Below, piece after piece: positions 31,401 through 40,611 of a DNA stretch of 64,000 nucleotides; within the stretch, counting starts at the first letter, position 1, and each line of letters starts with the position of its first letter. The notes beneath the pieces are model-generated. The model saw nothing but the letters and a program-made list of their open reading frames with translations. It had not been told where the DNA came from and made no database searches. Source of the stretch: Ferruginibacter sp. (GTDB lineage: Bacteria; Bacteroidota; Bacteroidia; Chitinophagales; Chitinophagaceae); NCBI RefSeq assembly GCF_014377975.1, contig NZ_JACMOO010000435.1:6577-70576 (forward strand), read 5' to 3'. The position numbers were made by a program, and so were the translations under genes.

Positions 31401-31457
31401 GTACAAGTGAGTGACACAACAATGTCGCCATGAAAAACAAATGCACATCAAAAAAAA
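31401..31457 (+). repeat. ~55-bp intergenic repeat, copy A (GTGACAC subtype)
   Basis: gtacaagtgagtgacacaacaatg...aaatgcacatcaaaaaaa; shares aagtgagtgacaca with 49460-49510. Confidence 0.7.
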
Positions 31458-31466
31458 TATTTTTTA

Positions 31467-33659
31467 TTAACTCACCCCGCTGCCATTTTTTACAGCTTCG
31501 TCAGGGTTTACAAATTTTAATTTTCCATCGGCATCTTCCGCCATTAATATCATGCCATTGCTTTCTATTCCCCTCATTTTTCGTGGAGCCAGATTGGTTA
31601 CCACAGTAACCTGTTTGCCTACAATAGCAGCAGGTTCAAAATGCAGGGCAATGCCACTAACAATGGTTCTTGTTTCAAAGCCAAGATCTACTTCCAGTTT
31701 TAATAATTTGTCTGCCTTAGCAACTTTTTCTGCAGCAACGATGGTTCCTACTTTTAAATCAATTTTTACAAAATCTTCGAACCCAATTTCGGGCTTCACC
31801 TCCCGGCCCTCCGCAGGAGCGTTCTGTGAGGTAGTATTATTTTGAGTATCCTGCGTAACAGGTAAAATATTTAACGCCACTCCTTCGGAGAGGTTTGAGG
31901 AAGCTGTATCCATTTTTATTTTCTCGCTTTTAGTTTTCAATTTTTCTACCTGTTCTGCTACCTCTGTATCGTCTATTTTTCTGAACAATAATTGTGGTTC
32001 CCGTAACGAATAGCCCACACTTAATAAATTGGGTTTGCCGGCATTTTCCCAGTCTAGTATTTTATTTACCACCTTCATCATGTAACACATTTTTTTTGCT
32101 GCGTGGGGTAAAAACGGATTGATATAAACAGCCAGGTTAGCCGTTAATTGTAAACAAATATGTAAACAGTTATCAATTAATTGTTGCGCTTCAGGATTTG
32201 CTTCCAGACTTTTAGCCACAATCCACGGTTGTTTTTCCTGCATGTATTTATTGCCTTTTCTTGCCAGGTCAATCACTTCATATTGTGCATCTCTAAACTT
32301 ATAACTTTCAATTAAACCGGCAATAGAAGCTTTTGCATTGAAGATATCAGACAGTAAAGCTTTATCAATATCATCAATAATTGCCGGATGCAAGGGTGGT
32401 ACTTTTCCTTTGCACAATTTATGCATCAACACAAAAGCCCGGTTTACAAAATTACCAAACACATCCACCAATTCGCCTTTTACCGAGTCCTGAAAACCTT
32501 TCCAGGTAAACTCACTGTCTTTGGTTTCAGGTGCAATGGCGTATAAATAATAACGCAGTGCATCCACCATCTGGTCGCCCCCATTTTCTTTCTTTACAAA
32601 ATCATTGATGTAATCTTCCATCTCAATACTCCATCCCCTGCTGGTGCTCATCTTATCCCCTTCCAAGTTCATAAATTCATTGCTAGGTACATTATCCGGT
32701 AAAATATTACCATGCAGTTTCAACATTACCGGAAATATGATGGCATGAAATACAATATTGTCTTTACCTATAAAATGAATCAGCTTGGTATCGTCATTGT
32801 ACCAATAAGGTTTCCAGTCTTTATTATTATCAATGGCCCATTGTTTGGTGGCGCTGATATAACCAATGGGTGCATCGAACCAAACGTACAATACTTTGCC
32901 TTCGCCACCTTCCACCTCATTCGGCAATTTTATACCCCAATCCAAATCTCTGGTAACAGCCCTTGGTTGTAAACCTGCATCCAGCCAGCTTTTACATTGT
33001 CCTAACACATTGGCTTTCCAATCGTCTTTATGCTCTTCCAATATCCATTTCCGTAAAAATTCCTCGTGCCTATTTAAAGGCAGGTACCAATGTTGGGTTA
33101 ACTTTTTTATGGGCGTGTTGCCACTCAAAGTGCTCTTCGGATTAATCAGTTCTTCCGGACTTAATGTTGATCCACACTTTTCACATTGATCTCCAAAAGC
33201 ATTTTCATTGCCGCATACCGGGCAGGTTCCTTTAATATACCGGTCGGCCAAAAAAGTACTTGAAGCCTCATCAAAATACTGTTCCGTTTCCTTAATTTCC
33301 AGGTCACCGTTGTCATTCAGCATCGTAAAAAACTCCCGGGCAGTTTCATGATGAATGGGTGCAGAAGTGCGGTGATAAATATCAAAAGAAATACCCAGAT
33401 CGGCCATATTGCTTTTTAACATGGCATGGTATTTATCTACAATTTCACGCGGCGTAGTATTTTCCTTCATCGCCTGTATGGTAATAGCAGCACCATGTTC
33501 ATCGCTGCCGCATACATACACCACGTCTTTTTTTTGTGCCCGCAGGTAACGTACATAAATATCTGCCGGCAAATAAGCTCCGGCCAAATGTCCGATGTGT
33601 TTGGGACCATTGGCATAAGGCAAGGCAGAAGTAATTAAATATCTTTTTGGATCTGTCAT
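31467..33659 (-). CDS. metG: Methionine--tRNA ligase
   Basis: SALPYANG, HIGH, CPVC...CEKC knuckle, KMSTS and a C-terminal tRNA-binding domain; TAAATTTG -7 element at 33827-33834. Confidence 0.98.
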   Translation of the reverse strand: MTDPKRYLITSALPYANGPKHIGHLAGAYLPADIYVRYLRAQKKDVVYVCGSDEHGAAITIQAMKENTTPREIVDKYHAMLKSNMADLGISFDIYHRTSAPIHHETAREFFTMLNDNGDLEIKETEQYFDEASSTFLADRYIKGTCPVCGNENAFGDQCEKCGSTLSPEELINPKSTLSGNTPIKKLTQHWYLPLNRHEEFLRKWILEEHKDDWKANVLGQCKSWLDAGLQPRAVTRDLDWGIKLPNEVEGGEGKVLYVWFDAPIGYISATKQWAIDNNKDWKPYWYNDDTKLIHFIGKDNIVFHAIIFPVMLKLHGNILPDNVPSNEFMNLEGDKMSTSRGWSIEMEDYINDFVKKENGGDQMVDALRYYLYAIAPETKDSEFTWKGFQDSVKGELVDVFGNFVNRAFVLMHKLCKGKVPPLHPAIIDDIDKALLSDIFNAKASIAGLIESYKFRDAQYEVIDLARKGNKYMQEKQPWIVAKSLEANPEAQQLIDNCLHICLQLTANLAVYINPFLPHAAKKMCYMMKVVNKILDWENAGKPNLLSVGYSLREPQLLFRKIDDTEVAEQVEKLKTKSEKIKMDTASSNLSEGVALNILPVTQDTQNNTTSQNAPAEGREVKPEIGFEDFVKIDLKVGTIVAAEKVAKADKLLKLEVDLGFETRTIVSGIALHFEPAAIVGKQVTVVTNLAPRKMRGIESNGMILMAEDADGKLKFVNPDEAVKNGSGVS
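31798..31904. repeat. Inverted pair of in-frame palindromic elements in the MetG linker
   Basis: Core CTCCGAAGGAG (31873-31904, minus) and core CTCCGCAGGAG (31798-31823, plus) in opposite orientation, about 49 bp apart. Confidence 0.65.
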
Positions 33660-33663
33660 ACTA

Positions 33664-33721
33664 TTTTTTTGTACCCGGCTTTTTTACTGCTATGTGCATT
33701 GGTGGCGTCGCACTCTTCTAC
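33664..33721 (-). repeat. ~55-bp intergenic repeat, copy C, in the metG 5' UTR
   Basis: Minus strand gtagaagagtgcgacgccaccaatgcacatagcagtaaaaaagccgggtacaaaa, very similar to 53686-53739. Confidence 0.8.
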
Positions 33722-33864
33722 ATATTATTTCTAATGAACGCCCTCAAACCGTAACAGTGTACAGGTAAATAATCTACTTAACTTTTTAAAATACCTAACC
33801 CTGTAACTATTTTAAAGAAAGCGCTGCAAATTTACCTAAAGCAAGTACAATACCCAAACAAACA

Positions 33865-33895
33865 ATAAAGTCTACGCTTATGGTGTAGACTTTAT
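33865..33895. terminator. Hairpin, likely terminator of the DUF4405 gene
   Basis: ataaagtctac...gtagactttat, an 11-bp stem. Confidence 0.6.
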
Positions 33896-34044
33896 AAATA
33901 TTCCAACAGAAAAATTATTTTATTAGTTAATTTTTAAAATTGTCTTAATAACGTAGGATTGCGCATTTCAAGAAAAGTCTCCTTAAAAACATTAAAAAAC
34001 TAACTGTCTTGCTTCATCTATCTGGTGAAGATTATTAATAGATT

Positions 34045-34896
34045 TTACTGCAGCTCAGCAATAGCTCTCACAATCAATGAACCGTTGGCAGCTTTTAATG
34101 CAATGACATTGCCTTTAGCCAAGTCCACCATGCCTTTGTACAGCTCGGTTTTACCGTTGTCTTTTACTTCCATCATTAGCTGAAATTTATCACCTGCTTT
34201 GGTTTTTGTATCAAGGAAAAAGTTATCAGTTGGTGTAGCTTCTGCGTAGTTTGTTGCAGTATCTTTTGTAGCTGATTGCCATCCTTGCATCATTGCAGGT
34301 GTAAAATTTTTCGTTTCAATTTCGCCTTCAAATAATGCATGACGCTTGTCTGCTTCGCCAGAACTTACCTCGATTGTTTTGGCTGGCACAAAAATATTAT
34401 CAATAAAATTTCCTGCTGTATCGGCAGTCCAGATGGCGATAACCGGGGTAATCACTTCCGCATTTTTTTGAATAATCAACTGTATCACTTTTCCTTGTTT
34501 GTCTTTATTGGTAACAATCTCATTAAAAGAGGTTTTCTCAACCCGGCCACCTTTTCTGCCGCCACCGCCACGGGTAAGGTCTTCACCAAAATGTTGTATT
34601 TGCGCAAAAGGGGGCAGGCTAAATCCTGCACCCAGCAAAAAAACAGCCACTACCACTGCCGCTACAAGAAATTCCTTTTTAATCTTACCTTCTTTTCGTT
34701 CTTTAGAATATACTTTTAATGAAGGCCAGTTATTTTTAATATGAAAAATAGCAAAGCTGGTGAATACCAATCCCAGTAATACATGGATGGACGTAACAAA
34801 CTCTGGCTTCAATCCAAAATAAAGTAACAGGCCTGTTGTTGCCAGGAATAAAAAAGCCAGTGCAATACTGAGGCTGATGATATTTTTCTTTTTCAT
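34045..34896 (-). CDS. DUF4405-like (His-ligated heme b) membrane domain fused to a DUF2271-like soluble domain
   Basis: TGLLLYF...IHVLLG...FHIKNNW TM region; C-terminal PVIAIWTADTAGNFIDNIFV; TATGTTTG -7 element at 34917-34924. Confidence 0.6.
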   Translation of the reverse strand: MKKKNIISLSIALAFLFLATTGLLLYFGLKPEFVTSIHVLLGLVFTSFAIFHIKNNWPSLKVYSKERKEGKIKKEFLVAAVVVAVFLLGAGFSLPPFAQIQHFGEDLTRGGGGRKGGRVEKTSFNEIVTNKDKQGKVIQLIIQKNAEVITPVIAIWTADTAGNFIDNIFVPAKTIEVSSGEADKRHALFEGEIETKNFTPAMMQGWQSATKDTATNYAEATPTDNFFLDTKTKAGDKFQLMMEVKDNGKTELYKGMVDLAKGNVIALKAANGSLIVRAIAELQ

Positions 34897-35126
34897 TATT
34901 GTTTTTCAATTTACTGCAAACATAGTATTCAATTGTTATGATGTGTTGAAAATGAGATAACAAGGTAAAATGTTGCGACGAAAAAATTGCGCTAATCTTA
35001 CCTTTTGCAAATTATTACAGCTGTTTCCATTTTTTTTATAAGATTTAATAACACAATGAAAATATTTTTTCGGTAAGTCAATAATTTTATTTTTAATTTT
35101 TGAATGGGCGTTTACATTTATAGCAC

Positions 35127-35900
35127 ATGTAACTTTTAAGAAATAAATCAGCAATCATTTTTTTTAAGGAACAGGAAATAAACCTGCGAAATATTTCTGA
35201 GGATTGTATTATTTTTGAAATTCAAAACGATGAATTAAGATTGTTAAGGCGCTATTAAAATTGCGCTAATCTTTGCTCATTACCAGGTAATTTTGTATTA
35301 AAAGAACATCATAAAAATGACTCGGCAATACAAATACTGAAAGAAAGAACCAGCCCGGATAATATTTACAGGCGGTCGTTTTTTGTGTTTAATAAACCTT
35401 CCAGATCAAACTGGAAAATCAACGGACTGTTTATAAAAGCTATTGGTGTAAAAGGTAAAATCAAGCTTGATGTTTGAACAGTTTAACAAGATGGATTATG
35501 CTGCGTTTATTAATTTTCCGAAAGCAAAACCGTTGCCAGATGTGTTATCAAGTTTATGCAAATGATTTACTATTCATAAAATTTCACCCCTGCTGCTGCA
35601 TTACTATAATATTTAAAATAAAGCACTGAAAAATATGTAATCGCAGTTAAACCATCTAGAGGTGGGATATGATCTTTTACCGAAAAGTTATCCATGCCGG
35701 AGTTGCAAAAATTATAGGAAACAATTTTAGACAATCAAGCCGATAAGAGAAATTCTCAACGCGACATTTTAGACAAGGATATTTTAAAAAGATTGAATGA
35801 AACAAAAAAAGGAATGGTGCACAAAACGCACTGGTTATACAAAATTCAATTTGCGTAAAAAACAGAAAGCGTTTTAGGGAGGTATGGGTTTTAAATTATT
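35127..35900 (+). pseudogene. NrtR-family Nudix/wHTH transcriptional regulator, heavily decayed
   Basis: Hand translation: ISEDCIIFE..NDELRLL...SLPGNFVLKE....DSAIQILKERT...QLNHLEVGYDLLPK / MPELQKL*ETILD....RNSQRDIL...LKRLNETKKGMVHKTHWLYK. Six or more stops and about three frameshifts. Confidence 0.8.
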
Positions 35901-35926
35901 GCATTCGATAAAACTGAAATGAACTT

Positions 35927-36949
35927 ATGAACCGGAAAAATTTCCTCTCCACCATAGTACCGCTGGCCGCCAGTTTTACCAATATTTCAAAAAGCCTGGA
36001 GCCTGATGTACCCGATGCAAAACCCGTTACGCCTGCTTACTTAAAAAAGGGTGATACCATTGCCATTACCTGTCCTGCAGGTTTTATAACCAGTGAAGAA
36101 ATTGTACCAGCCATAGGTAAACTAACTGATTGGGGGTTTACAGTAAAAGTGGGAACTACTGTTGGTAAAAGAGATTTTACTTTTGGCGGCACAGATGACG
36201 AGCGGAGAGATGATTTTCAACAGATGTTGGATGATAAAAAGGTAAAAGCCATTTTATGTGCAAGGGGTGGCTACGGCACTATAAGAATAATTGATGGCCT
36301 TGATTTTAAACAGCTGGAACAGCACCCGAAGTGGATTATCGGTTTCAGCGATATTACCGTATTGCATAGCCACCTTAACCACAACTATGGCATCGCTTCC
36401 ATCCATGCAAAAATGTGTAACAGTTTTCCGGCAGACTGGAACCTGGCAGAAGAGGTACAGAAGCAAAGTATAGAAAGTATTTTTAAATGTCTTAGCGGCG
36501 AAAAAATGAAGTACGATTTTGTACCCAACGCAAAAAATAAAACGGGTATTGCAATGGGTACTTTAGTAGGGGGAAATTTAAAAACGTTGGAATCTTTAGC
36601 AGGGAGTAACAGTGACCTTGTTACAAAAAATAAAATATTATTTGTAGAAGACACCGGCGAGTATTTGTACAGTATAGATCGCATGTTCTGGAACCTTAAA
36701 CGAACCGGTAAACTAACTTCGCTGGCAGGATTAATTATCGGCGGCTTTAAAATAAAACCCGATGATGCCGGAGAAGAGTTTGGAAAATCATTGGAAGAAA
36801 TTGTATTGGAAAAAGTAAAGGAGTATCATTATCCCGTTTGCTTTGATTTTCCGGTGGGGCATCAAAAAAATAATGTTGCTTTAAAGTGCGGGATTAAACA
36901 TACCCTGCAAGTTCAATCAAACGACTGTAATTTAATAGAGACGATATGA
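35927..36949 (+). CDS. LD-carboxypeptidase (peptidase S66) with a Tat-like N-terminus
   Basis: ARGGYG, IGFSDIT, VEDTGE, PVGH; begins MNRKNFL. Confidence 0.9.
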   Translation: MNRKNFLSTIVPLAASFTNISKSLEPDVPDAKPVTPAYLKKGDTIAITCPAGFITSEEIVPAIGKLTDWGFTVKVGTTVGKRDFTFGGTDDERRDDFQQMLDDKKVKAILCARGGYGTIRIIDGLDFKQLEQHPKWIIGFSDITVLHSHLNHNYGIASIHAKMCNSFPADWNLAEEVQKQSIESIFKCLSGEKMKYDFVPNAKNKTGIAMGTLVGGNLKTLESLAGSNSDLVTKNKILFVEDTGEYLYSIDRMFWNLKRTGKLTSLAGLIIGGFKIKPDDAGEEFGKSLEEIVLEKVKEYHYPVCFDFPVGHQKNNVALKCGIKHTLQVQSNDCNLIETI

Positions 36950-37857
36950 TAAAAATTCCACCCTATTTAAAAAAAGGCGACACCATTGGTATCACCTGTC
37001 CTGCCGGTTTTATGGCTAAAGAGAAAGCACAAAAATGTACCGATACCTTACAGCAATGGGGCTACCAGGTAATGGCAGGCAAAACGCTGGGCAGCAATTC
37101 GCCCAATTACTTTTCAGGTACTGATGAAGAACGCCTGAATGAATTGCAGGCCATGCTGGATGATGACAGCATCCACGCCATTTTGTGTGGCCGCGGTGGC
37201 TATGGTGCGGGCAGAATCATTGACCAGCTTGATTTTAAAAAATTTAAACGAAAGCCCAAATGGATCATTGGGTTTAGCGATATTACTGTTTTGCACACCC
37301 ATGTTTTTACAACCTGTAAAACGGCCAGCATACATGCACCAATGGCCGCCGCATTCAATGATGGTGGTGCTGAAAATGAATATGTGCAATCCTTAAAAAG
37401 GATGCTGGCAGGTAAAAAAAATAAATACAGTTGCGCCGCAAATATCCATAATAGCCAAGGAACTGCTACCGGCGAACTGGTGGGTGGAAATCTTTCTTTG
37501 CTGGCACATTTAACCGGCACACCGTCTGATATCAACACAAAAAATAAAATTCTTTTTATTGAAGATATCGGGGAATATATTTATAGCATCGACCGTATGC
37601 TGTACCAGTTAAAACGCAGTGGTAAATTTGATAATCTGGCCGGTTTAATTATTGGCGGATTCACTGATATAAAAGATACCGACCGTCCCTTTGGGAAAAC
37701 CATGGATGGAGCCATTTATGCTATTGTAAAAGATTACACCTACCCGATATGTTTTCATTTTCCAGTAAGCCATGGTACAGAAAACTATGCATTAAAAATT
37801 GGCGGTGTTTATACGCTGGCAGTAGGTAAAAATAAAATAGTATTGTCAGAGCAATAA
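36946..37857 (+). CDS. LD-carboxypeptidase (peptidase S66), cytoplasmic paralog
   Basis: GRGGYG, IGFSDIT, IEDIGE, PVSH; ATGA overlap with the upstream paralog. Confidence 0.92.
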   Translation: MIKIPPYLKKGDTIGITCPAGFMAKEKAQKCTDTLQQWGYQVMAGKTLGSNSPNYFSGTDEERLNELQAMLDDDSIHAILCGRGGYGAGRIIDQLDFKKFKRKPKWIIGFSDITVLHTHVFTTCKTASIHAPMAAAFNDGGAENEYVQSLKRMLAGKKNKYSCAANIHNSQGTATGELVGGNLSLLAHLTGTPSDINTKNKILFIEDIGEYIYSIDRMLYQLKRSGKFDNLAGLIIGGFTDIKDTDRPFGKTMDGAIYAIVKDYTYPICFHFPVSHGTENYALKIGGVYTLAVGKNKIVLSEQ

Positions 37858-37858
37858 A

Positions 37859-38674
37859 TCATCGCAGCAACGAATCCAGCTTTTGATGAAACATTGGGTA
37901 GGCGTTCAGGTTATGATGCGTGCCCCCTTTAATGGTTATAAACTGATCGGTTGTTTTTAAAACATTTTTTAATTTAGCTGCGCAGCGATAAGGAATTACG
38001 CCGTCATCTGTACCATGAAAGATGGTGATGGGTACTTTTACTTTTGATAAATATTGATAAGAAGGAATTTTATAATTTGCCATACTACCGGCAGGATAAA
38101 TGGGGGCATAACATCTAAATAAATCAGCGATGCTGCTGTAAGGCGTTTCTAATATTAATTGCCTGCAGTTTTTTACAGATGCCAGGTAAGCAGCAATGCC
38201 GGTACCCAATGATTTACCGTAAATAACAATCTGATTTTTATTAAATGTTCCTGCGGCCAGGTCGTAAATTTTTTCTGCCTGCTGGTACAGTATTTTTTCA
38301 TTTCTTGTACCTAAACTTTTACCAAAGCCAGGGTAATCTTCCATCCATACTTCGTAACCATGTTTGGTAAAACTGGCGGCAAATTTTGCATAGCGGTTAA
38401 TGTTGCCTTTATTGCCATGAAAATAAATGACAACTCCTTTACGCATAGAATCTGCCGGAAAAAATTTTATCATATTGATGGTATCTTTTTTACCAAATGC
38501 AATATCCGTTTCTTTAAAAGGCACATCAAATTGATACACATAATTTCTTGCAAGCCGTACAGGATGAAATAAAAAATATTCCTGCAAAAAATATAAGGCA
38601 ACGCCTATAAAAACATATAAAAATACCAGCCACTTTAACCACTGCATTGTTTTATTTTTTTTGCTTTTATTCAT
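37859..38674 (-). CDS. Alpha/beta hydrolase (ABHD13/Bem46-like)
   Basis: N-terminal TM helix, YFHGN, DYPGFG, GKSLG, HGTDD, GGTHHNL. Confidence 0.88.
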   Translation of the reverse strand: MNKSKKNKTMQWLKWLVFLYVFIGVALYFLQEYFLFHPVRLARNYVYQFDVPFKETDIAFGKKDTINMIKFFPADSMRKGVVIYFHGNKGNINRYAKFAASFTKHGYEVWMEDYPGFGKSLGTRNEKILYQQAEKIYDLAAGTFNKNQIVIYGKSLGTGIAAYLASVKNCRQLILETPYSSIADLFRCYAPIYPAGSMANYKIPSYQYLSKVKVPITIFHGTDDGVIPYRCAAKLKNVLKTTDQFITIKGGTHHNLNAYPMFHQKLDSLLR

Positions 38675-38718
38675 GAATAACTGATTATTTAAAGGTATAA
38701 ATTTTTCTGTCCGGGATA

Positions 38719-39507
38719 TCAGGGCGCTAAAATATCCCTGATAAATTTATGGTATTCCGGAAAAGAAGGCAGGTTGTTATGGCCACCTCCCACAATACGC
38801 ATCAATGTTATTTTGCGTGGGTTTAAAGCCTGTAATTTTTCACTGTTACTGATGGGAATCAGCCAATCCCTCGTTCCGTGCAGGATATAGGTATGGCAAT
38901 TTACTTTTGGTATCCACTTATCGGTACGCATGTGAAAACGCAATACAAAGCGCATAGGTAAAATGGGTAAAAAACGTTCTACCGCTTTTATAAAACTAAA
39001 ATACGGGGCATCTAAAATTAAGTACCGGGGTTTGTTTTCACTGGCCAGGTTTGCTGCAAATCCGCTGCCAAGGCTTCTTCCATAAACAATCAGGTGGTTT
39101 TCGTGGTGCTTTGTTGCCAGGGTATCATATACAAACTGCATATCGCTGTGCATATCTTTTTCGTTACGCTTGCCGGTGCTTTTTCCAAAGCCACGATAAT
39201 CTACCAATACCACATCATACTGGTAGCGATAAAAGTCTTTGGCATATTTTGCCCAGCCTTTAATGCTTCTTGAGTTGCCATGAAAATAGAGGATAAGGCC
39301 CAACGGTTTTTCAACATAAAAATGAAGGCCGTTGATGCTCACACCTTCGGCTACATCAAAAAATAATTCTTTAAAAGGTGCGTCATATTTGTACTTAAAA
39401 TCGGGCTGTAATTTTTCCGGTTTAAAAATAAAACGTTCCTGCACCAGGTAGGCAATTGCTAATAAAACAAGGTAGCCGAGGATGATATATATTATGGTGG
39501 ATGACAA
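38719..39507 (-). CDS. Alpha/beta hydrolase (paralog)
   Basis: YFHGN, DYRGFGKS, GRSLG, HGTRD, GGGHNNL. Confidence 0.88.
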   Translation of the reverse strand: MSSTIIYIILGYLVLLAIAYLVQERFIFKPEKLQPDFKYKYDAPFKELFFDVAEGVSINGLHFYVEKPLGLILYFHGNSRSIKGWAKYAKDFYRYQYDVVLVDYRGFGKSTGKRNEKDMHSDMQFVYDTLATKHHENHLIVYGRSLGSGFAANLASENKPRYLILDAPYFSFIKAVERFLPILPMRFVLRFHMRTDKWIPKVNCHTYILHGTRDWLIPISNSEKLQALNPRKITLMRIVGGGHNNLPSFPEYHKFIRDILAP

Positions 39508-39518
39508 GATGATTTATT

Positions 39519-40052
39519 TTATAATTCGCTTACTAATATCTCCTTTTGTTGTTTGAGCATTCGCACGATATGCTCTAAAGAATTTTCTCTTTTTTGATTT
39601 ACTGCTTTCAACACTGAACTAAAAGGAAATCCTCTCAGCATAATATGATCAATCTGGCATAAAAAGTCAGTGCCATATTCATGGGTTATTACAGTTCAGG
39701 TCGAACCCAATGTTTTATTAACGTAATGGCCAAATGCTGAACCGATTGAAGTAGCAAATTCAGTTTCGGTACAATTAAAGTTTTTAGGATTTTTATTCCA
39801 TAAGTCAATTAGAAAATCAAGATTTTCAGCTGTATAATTCTTCAATGAATGCCCGGGCATATACTTTTTAAGCAATGTATCTGCAAGTATTAAACATTCA
39901 AATATAAATTTGCAATCTTTTTCAGCAAGCGCTGCAAATTCTTGCTTTATCATTTGAGATACAGCTTCTTTGAAGTAAATAGTTTTACCATCGATATTTG
40001 TTGAGCGACGTTCAAAATCGTCGTCTGATATTTCATGATATTTTTTATACAT
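39519..40052 (-). pseudogene. DUF3806-like protein with one premature TGA
   Basis: The frame continues past the TGA at 39696-39698: GSAFGHY...LGST*TVITHEYGTDF...FPFSSVLKAV...SL, ending at a TAA at 39519. The stop falls where a Trp is expected. Confidence 0.6.
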
Positions 40053-40151
40053 TAAAATATTCTTAAGTTAATAATCTATCAATTGAGAGAACATTGGCAT
40101 TGCTGAATGTACAAATAATAAACCAGCCAAAACAATTGAACGCTGCATTTT

Positions 40152-40260
40152 GCGTGAGGGATAGAAAACGAAAGCCCAAAGGTGAGGCTTTGTGCAAAGG
40201 TTCGTGCCGGCGACCTGGAGTGGATAGCGTGCCCCCTTAAGAATCCCGGGGGCACGCCCA
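40152..40260 (+). ncRNA. GC-rich structured repeat, resembling a degenerate Flavo-1-type element
   Basis: gcgtgagggatag...gaaagccc...ggatagc followed by a perfect 10-bp hairpin gcgtgccccc/gggggcacgc (40227-40257). Family assignment is from memory. Confidence 0.45.
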
Positions 40261-40276
40261 AATTATTTTTAAACTA

Positions 40277-40588
40277 TTAAATATTACCAAACGTTTTCTT
40301 CCAGGCTTCGGTACCACCAACAAGATTGTATAAATTATTGAAAGGATATTTTTCCTGCAACCGCTGAATGGCAATCTGGCTGCGAACGCCGGCCCGGCAA
40401 TAAATAACCACTGGTTTTTCCTTTTCTATTTCAGAAAGATGCTTGGTTATTTCTGCCAGCGGAAACAAAATGCCACCAATGTTATAAGCTTCATGTTCAT
40501 GCGGTTCACGGGTATCTATCAGTTGAAAATCTGTGTGGTCACTTATCCACTTTTGTAATCCGGCTGCACTGATATTTTTTATCTGCAT
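40277..40588 (-). CDS. Rhodanese-like domain protein
   Basis: LIDTREPHE, VIYCRAGVRS, NLVGG..AW. Confidence 0.9.
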   Translation of the reverse strand: MQIKNISAAGLQKWISDHTDFQLIDTREPHEHEAYNIGGILFPLAEITKHLSEIEKEKPVVIYCRAGVRSQIAIQRLQEKYPFNNLYNLVGGTEAWKKTFGNI

Positions 40589-40611
40589 AAATATTTTATC
40601 CTTCTATACTG

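Noticed and set aside
34983-35273. 17-bp duplication aaaattgcgctaatctt (34983 and 35257) as an NrtR operator
   Set aside because: It is not palindromic, the second copy is inside the decayed coding region, and the sequence is AT-rich; support is insufficient.
22457-39698. Stop-codon reassignment or readthrough explaining the in-frame TAG/TGA/TAA
   Set aside because: All three stop codons terminate normal genes in the window. The lesions are mixed types, include frameshifts and are confined to accessory genes, consistent with ordinary decay such as TGG to TAG/TGA.
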